Source: Chitinophaga pinensis
GTDB taxonomy: Bacteria > Bacteroidota > Bacteroidia > UKL13-3
Direction of reading: 5' to 3'
Assembly: GCA_945875195.1 (NCBI GenBank)
Contig: CAMCJW010000001.1
Coordinates: 1-60,534 of the forward strand
Length of the DNA: 60,534 nt
Shown: positions 49,649 through 57,903 of the stretch, in pieces
How positions within the stretch are numbered: the stretch's first letter is position 1
Layout: each line of letters begins with the position of its first letter
Translations under genes and position numbers: made by a program
The notes under the pieces: model-generated
What the model was told of the DNA's origin: nothing
What the model saw: only the letters and a program-made list of their open reading frames with translations
The model's database searches: none

Positions 49649-51694
49649 CTATTTTTTAGAATCGTAAAAAAACTGATTTCCAATCAATTGATAAAACTTA
49701 TTCATAGCTATAATATGCGGAAAACTGATGCAAGAAATGAAAATGAAAAAAGTTTTCATCCATTCGTCTAGGGTAGATTTCGAAGTAAAGCTGTTAAAAT
49801 AATAAAGTAAAACCCCAAAAAGTATAAAGGCGGCAAGGTTAAATGGTAATGCTTTTACAAAAACTTGCTTGTTATTTAAGTGTAAACCCTTTTTTATGTG
49901 TGTCCAGCCATTTAAACTGTGTTGCCCAATAAAATATATTCCAAATGAAGTAATAAGGGGCAACTGCACACAAACCAATAAAATTGTTGCGCTTATGAAC
50001 ATGGCTAATCTACGTTCCCAATATGCCCATAAAATTGATATTATGCCTAGCACCATGGTTATCGCCATACTTATCTTGTTTGTAAGCGGTATGGTATTTG
50101 CTTTCATGTTACCTAAAATTTGATTTGTTTCTGGTAAATGACCCAATAATAAAATGCCTAAAAGAAGTATTCCCCATACCCAATTATTTAGGCTTCTCTT
50201 TTTTTTAAACTGCCATTCATGCATATCGGCCTCCCCAAAATGCCAAGCAGAGTATAATAGAAAAAAGAGCAATGCCAAGTTGGGAACAAATAGCCATAGC
50301 AATAATAACGCAAATGCCTTGCTCAAATAGCTTATAACAAATGTAAGCCTTATGTTTTGTTTTTGTTTCTCCTTTACCAATAGGTGATCAACTGCGCCGT
50401 GGGGTATTCCTAGAAAAAACAAGCCTGTTGTAAAAATGCCTATTTGTATGGGTTCAAATATTGATGGCGTAATTATATGGATTGCCCAAAGTACTAGGGT
50501 AAATAGGAATAAAAAGATTGGAGCAGCCAAATATTGAAAGCGCACTTTTGCGTCTAAATGCCATGCTATTAAAAATGGTTTAATGGGTAGGCTAATCAAT
50601 ATTCTTATGTCTTGCGATAGGGATGTTTTTTCATCTAAAAACTGCAAAACATTTATCAACTTATTCTTGTCAAATAAGGCTTTAAAAATGCCACTGCCTG
50701 CTTCTGGATGGTTATTTAATATGAGTAACAACAACCTATCATAAAATCGAAACCTTTTTGGACTCTCTTGTTTTATTGGTGATATCGCCATTTGCATACC
50801 TTCTGCCAATTTTTCCGCGTGTTTAAACATGTTTTTAAAGGCATAACCTGTGCTAGGTTTTATCGCCCCATTTCTTCCTCCAATTGCAATCAAACCTGGC
50901 AGCGTATTTTCCGAAATTCTTAAGGTGCTCATTGGTATGCAGCCGGTTTCAATGTGTGATACGGTGCAGGTGCCAAATCGTTTTGTTATGTATTCATTTA
51001 ATATAGGTTCAGCGCTAATAGGGTCAAGGATTTCTTTGCCGAATCTTGTTAATTCCACTAAGATTTTGCCAGAATCGTAAGGTAAAACATAAATGAATTG
51101 GGTATAACCTTGTTGCTCTATCCTAAAATCCATTAAATCGATGGCCTGTTTAGTTTCTTCTTTATTTTCTGGTTGTACCACAAATCCTATAAACGACTGT
51201 TTTAGATGAACCTCGTTTTTTTTAGCTGTTAAATAGGTTGGTGGTCGGCTATCGAAAACTTGGGCAGATTGCCAAACTCCTTCCTCTGTTATAACTTTAA
51301 GCCCTTCATTTATTGCCTCAATACTTACTACATTTGTTTGTATTCTTTGGATGTGATAATTTTCCAAGATTCTTCGCATTTCATGGTATACATCAATACT
51401 AGCTATTTGCATGTATTCCAGAGGTTTGATGGGTTCTAGTGCTCTTCCATTTACGCACATTTCTTCCCATTTCTGACTTATTAAATGCTTACAATTTATA
51501 CTTATTTCATCTGTAGGTTTTGCCCAAAAACAGTATGTTTTGTCGTTGTGAATCTTGGAATCTGGATCAATCACCAAAATTTTTTTATTTTTTAACAAGC
51601 CTCTTCGCTCCATGCTCATTAGCAAAAGCGTTGCGGAAGCTCCTGCACCTGCAAACAAATAATCAAATTTTGGGTATGTTGTGCTTTCCAACAT
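49649..51694 (-). CDS. Fusion protein: lycopene beta-cyclase (CrtY-type, N-terminal) plus Brp/Blh beta-carotene 15,15'-dioxygenase (C-terminal)
   Basis: One uninterrupted 681-codon ORF. N-terminus has FDYLFAGAGASATLLL (FAD fold) and FIYVLPYDSGKILVELTRF. The C-terminal polytopic part has GIPHGAVDH, SAWHFGEAD and GQHSLNGWTH His blocks. Confidence 0.85.
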   Translation of the reverse strand: MLESTTYPKFDYLFAGAGASATLLLMSMERRGLLKNKKILVIDPDSKIHNDKTYCFWAKPTDEISINCKHLISQKWEEMCVNGRALEPIKPLEYMQIASIDVYHEMRRILENYHIQRIQTNVVSIEAINEGLKVITEEGVWQSAQVFDSRPPTYLTAKKNEVHLKQSFIGFVVQPENKEETKQAIDLMDFRIEQQGYTQFIYVLPYDSGKILVELTRFGKEILDPISAEPILNEYITKRFGTCTVSHIETGCIPMSTLRISENTLPGLIAIGGRNGAIKPSTGYAFKNMFKHAEKLAEGMQMAISPIKQESPKRFRFYDRLLLLILNNHPEAGSGIFKALFDKNKLINVLQFLDEKTSLSQDIRILISLPIKPFLIAWHLDAKVRFQYLAAPIFLFLFTLVLWAIHIITPSIFEPIQIGIFTTGLFFLGIPHGAVDHLLVKEKQKQNIRLTFVISYLSKAFALLLLWLFVPNLALLFFLLYSAWHFGEADMHEWQFKKKRSLNNWVWGILLLGILLLGHLPETNQILGNMKANTIPLTNKISMAITMVLGIISILWAYWERRLAMFISATILLVCVQLPLITSFGIYFIGQHSLNGWTHIKKGLHLNNKQVFVKALPFNLAAFILFGVLLYYFNSFTSKSTLDEWMKTFFIFISCISFPHIIAMNKFYQLIGNQFFYDSKK

Positions 51695-51848
51695 TTATTT
51701 AACTCCTTTTTTTATGGTAAAACAAAGCGTAATACTCTAATAATCTAATATTTCTGTTTTTATAAAGAGTATATTTGTTGTAAATATATAAATTAACATT
51801 TAATAGTAAGACCAAAGTTTAATTTTATAGCTGATCCTACAATTTATC

Positions 51849-52637
51849 TTAGGTGCTGGCAGTTGTTCTTTCTGTCAATTGTCGGTAAACACCGTTCCAC
51901 AATTCAATTCTTTGTTTCAAGGAATGTATAACTGATTCTTCTGCTTCTTTCCAATATTGCTCGTTGTCATTACAAAGATTGGCCGTCATTTGTAAGGCAA
52001 GGTTACTGTGGTGGTCACCATCTACTTCGATGTGCCTTTCTATATAATATTTAAAGACAGAGATATCATCAGGAAAGTTCTTGTGCATTTCATTTATTAT
52101 GGAGATAAACATACCTGGGATTAAATCTTCACGGCCAAAGGTAAAAATGGCTGATTGCAAATACGCTTTATCACTCTCAATAACTTTAAAAGTAAAATCA
52201 ACAAAATCTTGTGCTTCCTTTGGAGTGCCTGAGGATAAATAAGCGGAGTTGAAGTCGCTGGTATTTTTCAATACGCTTGTAAAAACTTCAATTTTAGTTG
52301 TATCAGCTCCACATTGTTTCATGGCGTCTAAGTATAATTCAAAATGGCTTTTCCTAACACCATTTAGGTCTACGTCTGATTCTTCACCTACAACTATTTC
52401 GTTAATAAGATACCTTGTGTCTGCAGTTCCTTTGGGAAACCAAGGAACAGAGGTACAAGTTAAGTTACGCTGTAACGTTTTTAATAACGACATAAAGTCC
52501 CAAACTGCGTAAACGTGGAATTGCATAAATACTTTTAAGTCGTCTATATCTTTAATTGCTGAATAAACTTTATGATTAATAATCTCTTGTCTTAAGGGTT
52601 CAATTGCTTTTTTAATTTTTTCAATTTGAGTACTCAT
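51849..52637 (-). CDS. Heme-oxygenase-like fold protein (probable DUF3050 family)
   Basis: 262 aa, helical. FMQFHVYAVWDFMSLLKTLQ block and IERHIEVDGDHH carboxylate/His cluster. Confidence 0.55.
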   Translation of the reverse strand: MSTQIEKIKKAIEPLRQEIINHKVYSAIKDIDDLKVFMQFHVYAVWDFMSLLKTLQRNLTCTSVPWFPKGTADTRYLINEIVVGEESDVDLNGVRKSHFELYLDAMKQCGADTTKIEVFTSVLKNTSDFNSAYLSSGTPKEAQDFVDFTFKVIESDKAYLQSAIFTFGREDLIPGMFISIINEMHKNFPDDISVFKYYIERHIEVDGDHHSNLALQMTANLCNDNEQYWKEAEESVIHSLKQRIELWNGVYRQLTERTTAST

Positions 52638-52896
52638 TTTTGCTTTTTGTTTTTCAGAACAACATTTAAATTTAACTAATGTTTGAATTTCTATGCCAAT
52701 TTGTGAATTCCAATTCCAAAATCTTATAATGCAATTAATTCGTTTAAATACTTGGTTAAGGAATAAATAGCACGTGAATAGAATTTAACTAATATTTAAT
52801 GCGTTTTTGCTGAGGAGCTACTCATTTGTTTAATTTATTGGAAACAATTTTAGAACTTTTTTTGAATTATCATTTGAACATGTAAATTTGATTTAT

Positions 52897-53118
52897 ATGA
52901 TAACTGAATGCCCCTTATGCGATTCGATAGTTCCTATTAACACAGAGCTGCTGCTTAAATTAAAAGAAAATGGCATTAAATGCCCAAGCTGCAAAAAATA
53001 TTTTAGTCCCAATAATTCAGAATTAGAAAAAGCTGAGCTAAAAATTGAAGAACTAAAAGACGAACTGATTATAAATAATAGCTTGAAAAATATTCACAGG
53101 CTGTTCGACGATTGTTAA
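52897..53118 (+). CDS. Small zinc-ribbon plus coiled-coil protein, hypothetical
   Basis: CPLC...(20 aa)...CPSC followed by an EKAELKIEELKDEL heptad-like segment. The track start is TTG 52888; the first ATG is at 52897. Confidence 0.4.
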   Translation: MITECPLCDSIVPINTELLLKLKENGIKCPSCKKYFSPNNSELEKAELKIEELKDELIINNSLKNIHRLFDDC

Positions 53119-53416
53119 TGAATCTTAAACAGTCTTTTTTCACTGACAATGTTAGCATTGAACCTAGCCTTAGCAAGATTACTTGTTAACTCGTCCATCA
53201 TCAGTAAAATTAAAACTTATTCGAAGTTTCATTTTGGTCATTTTGTAGGAAACTCATTTGAATATGCAAAATTGAACGCTTAGGTTTGGCCTACCTTATT
53301 ATTAGCTTATAATACAACACATAAATATGGCAAAAAGATTGGTTGATAATCATTCGAAATATTACCAATACCCGAAAAGAATAAAACCGAAAATTTCCCG
53401 TTTTTTTTATTTAGGC

Positions 53417-53446
53417 TTTGTTTTTTATTAAATTCCAATACTTTTG
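53417..53446 (+). promoter_or_regulatory. Bacteroidota-type promoter for metK (TTTG ... TAnnTTTG)
   Basis: TTTG at 53417-53420 and TACTTTTG at 53439-53446, 18 nt apart. This places the transcript start at about 53452, the foot of the structured leader. Confidence 0.45.
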
Positions 53447-53452
53447 CACTGC

Positions 53453-53577
53453 ATTAAGAATTCTGCACAGGTGTAGGATGCCAACCGGGAAGAACACCAC
53501 GGTGGTAAAACAATGCGGACTTTCTTGTCAAATATAGTTCCTAGATATCTGCGGAGAGTCCTCATAGTTTGCTTAAT
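53453..53577 (+). promoter_or_regulatory. Structured metK 5' leader, candidate (SAM-responsive?) riboswitch of unassigned class
   Basis: Mutually exclusive helices. TCTGCA 53462-67 or TCTGCG 53548-53 can each pair with TGCGGA 53514-19. Other pairs: AAGAA 53456-60/TTCTT 53522-26, ATTAAG 53453-58/CTTAAT 53572-77, GGTGT 53470-74/ACACC 53494-98, GGACT 53517-21/AGTCC 53557-61. Confidence 0.35.
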
Positions 53578-53615
53578 CGTTTAATTTGAACCATTAAAAA
53601 AACATATAAAAAAAC

Positions 53616-54869
53616 ATGGCTTATTTATTCACGTCAGAGTCCGTTAGTGAAGGACACCCAGACAAAGTTGCCGATCAAATATCGGATGCATTAATTGATA
53701 ATTTCCTGGCATTCGACCCAGAGTCGAAGGTGGCTTGTGAAACCCTTGTTACTACCGGTTTAGTAGTACTTGCTGGTGAAGTTAAATCTAAGGCATACTT
53801 AGATGTACAAGAAATTGCCCGTGGTGTTATTGGCAAAATTGGTTATACCAAAAGCGAATACATGTTTGAGGCCAATTCATGTGGAATTATCTCTGCCATC
53901 CATGAGCAATCTGCCGATATCAACCAAGGTGTTGATCGCAAGAAAAAGCAAGATCAAGGTGCCGGCGACCAAGGTATGATGTTTGGTTATGCAACCAACG
54001 AAACTGCAGACTACATGCCTTTGGCCTTAGACTTAGCCCATAAAATATTAATTGAGCTTGCTGCCCTCCGTCGCGAGAACAAAGCAATTAAATACTTGCG
54101 CCCAGATGCTAAAAGCCAGGTTACTTTAGAGTATGATGACAACAACAACCCAGTTCGCATTGAGGCTATTGTGCTTTCAACTCAGCACGATGATTTTGAT
54201 AAAGAGCCTAAAATGTTGGCTAAAATCAAAGAGGATATCGTTAAGATTTTAATCCCTCGCGTAAAAACCAAATACAAAAAATTCGCCCATTTGTTTAATG
54301 ATAAAATTACTTACCATATCAATCCTACAGGTAAGTTTGTAATTGGTGGTCCACATGGCGATACCGGTTTAACTGGTCGTAAGATTATTGTTGATACATA
54401 CGGTGGTAAAGGTGCACACGGTGGTGGAGCTTTCTCTGGTAAAGATCCTTCAAAAGTTGACCGTTCTGCTGCTTATGCAACCCGTCACATTGCTAAAAAC
54501 CTAGTTGCTGCTGGTGTTTGTACTGAAGTATTGGTACAAGTATCTTATGCTATTGGTGTAAAAGATCCAATGGGTATTTTCATCGAAACTTATGGTACTT
54601 CTAAAGTAAATATGACTGATGGTCAAATTGCTAAGGTGGTAGAAAAATTGTTCGATATGACTCCTTATGGTATCGAAACTCGTTTGAAATTGCGTAATCC
54701 TATCTATAGCGAAACTGCTGCTTACGGGCACATGGGTCGTAAAAATGAAATTGTTACCAAGAAGTTTAAAGGACCAGATGGTAAAGACCACTCATTTAAA
54801 GTTGAGTTATTTACTTGGGAAAAATTAGACATGGTTGATGCTGTTAAAAAAGCATTTAAAATCAAATAG
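53616..54869 (+). CDS. metK: S-adenosylmethionine synthase
   Basis: [33 protein letters not shown] and [19 protein letters not shown] blocks. Confidence 0.95.
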   Translation: MAYLFTSESVSEGHPDKVADQISDALIDNFLAFDPESKVACETLVTTGLVVLAGEVKSKAYLDVQEIARGVIGKIGYTKSEYMFEANSCGIISAIHEQSADINQGVDRKKKQDQGAGDQGMMFGYATNETADYMPLALDLAHKILIELAALRRENKAIKYLRPDAKSQVTLEYDDNNNPVRIEAIVLSTQHDDFDKEPKMLAKIKEDIVKILIPRVKTKYKKFAHLFNDKITYHINPTGKFVIGGPHGDTGLTGRKIIVDTYGGKGAHGGGAFSGKDPSKVDRSAAYATRHIAKNLVAAGVCTEVLVQVSYAIGVKDPMGIFIETYGTSKVNMTDGQIAKVVEKLFDMTPYGIETRLKLRNPIYSETAAYGHMGRKNEIVTKKFKGPDGKDHSFKVELFTWEKLDMVDAVKKAFKIK

Positions 54870-54890
54870 TTTTTGGTTCAAACCGAATAA

Positions 54891-54927
54891 AAAAGGCAGT
54901 GAAGAGAAATCTACACTGCCTTTTTTT
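54891..54927. terminator. Bidirectional rho-independent terminator (metK / GH13 gene)
   Basis: GGCAGTG (54895-54901) pairs with CACTGCC (54914-54920). It is flanked by an A-run upstream and T7 downstream. Confidence 0.7.
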
Positions 54928-54943
54928 ATGAGTCTATTTTAAG

Positions 54944-57757
54944 CTAATCTATCATCAACTTAACAACTTGATTGCGTTCTCCAGATTTTACATGCAACAA
55001 ATACAAACCGCTTGAGAGGCCAGTGTTCTCAATATAAACCTGATTGCTGTTTCCATTAAAAGTTCTCTGAAAATGCTGTCTTCCATTTACATCAAATAAG
55101 GTAATTTCATCAATTATATCCTTATCTGAATGCACATAGAAATTGCCTGTTGATGGATTTGGAAATACTTTAAACGTTGAAACCGATGTTTCATTTAAAC
55201 CTATAGGGTTTTGTGGGATTTTGTTGTTCAACTTTTTATCGGTATACACCAAATATTGACCCGGTGTTAATGGAATGCTCTGGTTCAATGCGGTTACATT
55301 GAGCGAATCGCCTGTCATATAATTGTACCACCAACCTAGGTGTTGAAATCCAGGTGCCATGCTGATATTAATCACATCAAAATTGCCAACTATTATGGTA
55401 TTGAGGCTGTCATGGGTAACTTTTAAAAACTTTCCAGTTCCTAAAATGCTACTAAAAATATAGTTATCAGAAGTAAATGATACGTGTTGTTTTAACCTAG
55501 CCAATTCACCAACAGCATCAAGCACTGCAACCCTTTCAGGCACTTTTAAATACTCCCATTTAAATGGCTTATTACCTGTTCTTCCATTGGTATTAATTGA
55601 AACCTCATAACCCAATTCTCCTCCTTGCCACAGCATTTTTGGACCTCTCAATGGAATTAATAAGGCGTGGTAAGCGGCGGCTCTTTTAAGCGCTGTATTC
55701 AAGTTTTTAGTGCTATAAGTTCCGCTAGTGTTGCCATAAGTTAAACAAGTAAACATTACGCGTTCCTCATCATGACTTTCGGCATAAGTAACCAAGTTAG
55801 GATTGGCAAAAGTGCGTGATTTGTAATCGCCCCAGCTTAAGTTGGCCTTAGAATTATTGTATCCCATTAAAGCTTCCGCATAGTTTTCTGTCATTTTTCC
55901 CCAAAGCATAAAACCGGCATTGGCCAATATTTTTTCTTCGGCATTTTCTCCCAAATGCTCTAAAATTAAATAGGCATCAGGAGCATATTTCACCACCTCA
56001 CCTTTTATCCTATTTAAGATATCTATTCTGCTTTGGTCAAAAGCATTCCAAGCACCAACATCTGTGCCTGTATTCTTTTGCGTAAATCCTTTCGACAAAT
56101 CAAAACGATAGCCATCTATCTTATATTCTGTGAGCCAATATTTCAAGTTTCTATCTACAAAATCCTTGGTCGGCTGGGCTTCGTGGTTATAATCATAACC
56201 AACTCCATAAGGGTGTTTATCTACCTGGTTGAACCAAGGATTTTGCGCCGTTGGTTGTCCGTAAGGACCTAAGGTTGGATCAAAATACATTCTTACCTGA
56301 GGGTTTTGGCCAAAGGAATGGTTGTAAACAACATCAAAAACTACTGCAATTCCCTCTTGGTGACAAGCATCAATAAAAGCTTTCAAATCGTTTTTGGTGC
56401 CATAATATTTGTCGGGAGCAAAAATAAATGAGGTATTATACCCCCAGCTTTCATTGCCCTCAAACTCCATAATTGGCATCAATTGAACACAATTTATTCC
56501 GGCTCTTTTTAAGTAACTAATGGTATCTTTTAATGTTTTGTAATCATGAGCGCCAATAAAATCTCTTAACAATAATTCATAAATGACTAACTGCTCGCTC
56601 TTAGGCTTATTAAAGGTATTGGTTTTCCATAGATAAGGAACTTGTGCTGTTTGCAATACAGAAACAATTTCGGTGGTTTTTCCCGTTGGATAAGGCATCA
56701 AATTAGGGTAAGTACTTGGTGCAATCCACTTATCGTTGTTGGGGTCAAGAACCTTATCTGCATAAACATCTGCTACCCGCATTTGCAGATCATCAATGCT
56801 GTACTGAAACCCATATTCCTTGCCACTTGTTAAGCCATTAATCGTGAGCCAAAACCTAGTGCCATCAGGAGTTCGGTTCATGATATAATTAGGATTGTAT
56901 TCCCAATTTGTAAAATCACCTATAACATAAATGTAGCTTTTATTAGGTGCAAAAATTTGAAGTGTTACAGAAGTATCACTGATATAATTAATACCGTCAA
57001 TTACCCCATTTGGAGATACAGCAACATTGGAATATTGGCGTTGCATAATATAGCTGGTATCATAGCTTTTGGTAATCCCGTTGTCTCCTTCTAAAACAAT
57101 ATTTATTCGGCCTGAACCAATATCTGAGAAGCGCATTTTTTGAGAGATGACACTATCGTTGGTAACAGAGGCTATTTGTGTACCATTAGCAAAAATCTTT
57201 ATGGCCGATTTAACAGAGGCCGTTCCCAAAAAGCTCACGCTATCTGTTGGCAAATAAAAACTTGCCTTGTTAGGTGAATTCAATTTTACTTGAAAACCGC
57301 CCTGATTGATATCCAAAAATATGTCGCCTCCAGAGGCTGTTTTGCCCGTTTTTGAACCATCAGCATTTCTAAAAACCAAAGCCAATTTTAAAACTGTTTC
57401 GTTAGCAGGTACACCGTAAAAAGTTTTAATATTCCCAATATTCAAGGTATATAAATTGCTTGAACCAACTCTTGTTAGCAGGGCCTTAGGCAAATTGGTG
57501 GTCCAATTGGTTAATACATATTTCCAATCGCTACCCGAAGTACTTAAAGTGGTAATTACTCCCGTATGGGCATATATAACCGACTCTCCCAACAAACCTG
57601 CATTTCCTTTTGAGGCATCATAGGTTAACACCACATTGTTATCAGAGCTTGTAGCAAATGGTGGGGAGATAGCAACAATTTGTTGTGCACTTAAATTATA
57701 AGCAGAGAATAAAAACAATAAACCAAAAACAACTTTACTAAAAAATAACCTATTCAT
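54944..57757 (-). CDS. Secreted GH13 alpha-amylase-family glycosidase with T9SS C-terminal sorting domain
   Basis: Signal SA|Q and N-terminal beta-rich modules. GH13 blocks DVVYNHS, DGYRFDLSKG, LILEHLG and ESHDEER. C-terminal FPNPSTGNFYV...GLYLLHVKSG..VVKLMID. Confidence 0.85.
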   Translation of the reverse strand: MNRLFFSKVVFGLLFLFSAYNLSAQQIVAISPPFATSSDNNVVLTYDASKGNAGLLGESVIYAHTGVITTLSTSGSDWKYVLTNWTTNLPKALLTRVGSSNLYTLNIGNIKTFYGVPANETVLKLALVFRNADGSKTGKTASGGDIFLDINQGGFQVKLNSPNKASFYLPTDSVSFLGTASVKSAIKIFANGTQIASVTNDSVISQKMRFSDIGSGRINIVLEGDNGITKSYDTSYIMQRQYSNVAVSPNGVIDGINYISDTSVTLQIFAPNKSYIYVIGDFTNWEYNPNYIMNRTPDGTRFWLTINGLTSGKEYGFQYSIDDLQMRVADVYADKVLDPNNDKWIAPSTYPNLMPYPTGKTTEIVSVLQTAQVPYLWKTNTFNKPKSEQLVIYELLLRDFIGAHDYKTLKDTISYLKRAGINCVQLMPIMEFEGNESWGYNTSFIFAPDKYYGTKNDLKAFIDACHQEGIAVVFDVVYNHSFGQNPQVRMYFDPTLGPYGQPTAQNPWFNQVDKHPYGVGYDYNHEAQPTKDFVDRNLKYWLTEYKIDGYRFDLSKGFTQKNTGTDVGAWNAFDQSRIDILNRIKGEVVKYAPDAYLILEHLGENAEEKILANAGFMLWGKMTENYAEALMGYNNSKANLSWGDYKSRTFANPNLVTYAESHDEERVMFTCLTYGNTSGTYSTKNLNTALKRAAAYHALLIPLRGPKMLWQGGELGYEVSINTNGRTGNKPFKWEYLKVPERVAVLDAVGELARLKQHVSFTSDNYIFSSILGTGKFLKVTHDSLNTIIVGNFDVINISMAPGFQHLGWWYNYMTGDSLNVTALNQSIPLTPGQYLVYTDKKLNNKIPQNPIGLNETSVSTFKVFPNPSTGNFYVHSDKDIIDEITLFDVNGRQHFQRTFNGNSNQVYIENTGLSSGLYLLHVKSGERNQVVKLMID

Positions 57758-57903
57758 AACATGGTATAATTATACGTGTAACATCAACAAAGTAAGACAA
57801 ATCAGGCCGCTTTTCAAAATTAGTATGGTTCCGTTTTTGTCATTTTTGCTTGCTGTAATGTTCCTTTTTTTTATCTTAGCAGCAACTAACAAATTTTACT
57901 CCT

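Noticed and set aside
53119-53416. Small ORFs in the 497-nt gap before metK (a 23-aa ORF from 53118 and a 35-aa ORF from 53327), as possible leader peptides or genes.
   Set aside because: They are short and low-complexity, with no motifs or coupling signals. They are indistinguishable from chance ORFs in A/T-rich DNA.
53453-53577. Assignment of the metK leader to SAM-I or SAM-II.
   Set aside because: I could not find the SAM-I kink-turn/GAGGGA and AGA junction signatures, nor the SAM-II AAAGCU triplex strand. It is reported only as an unclassified candidate.
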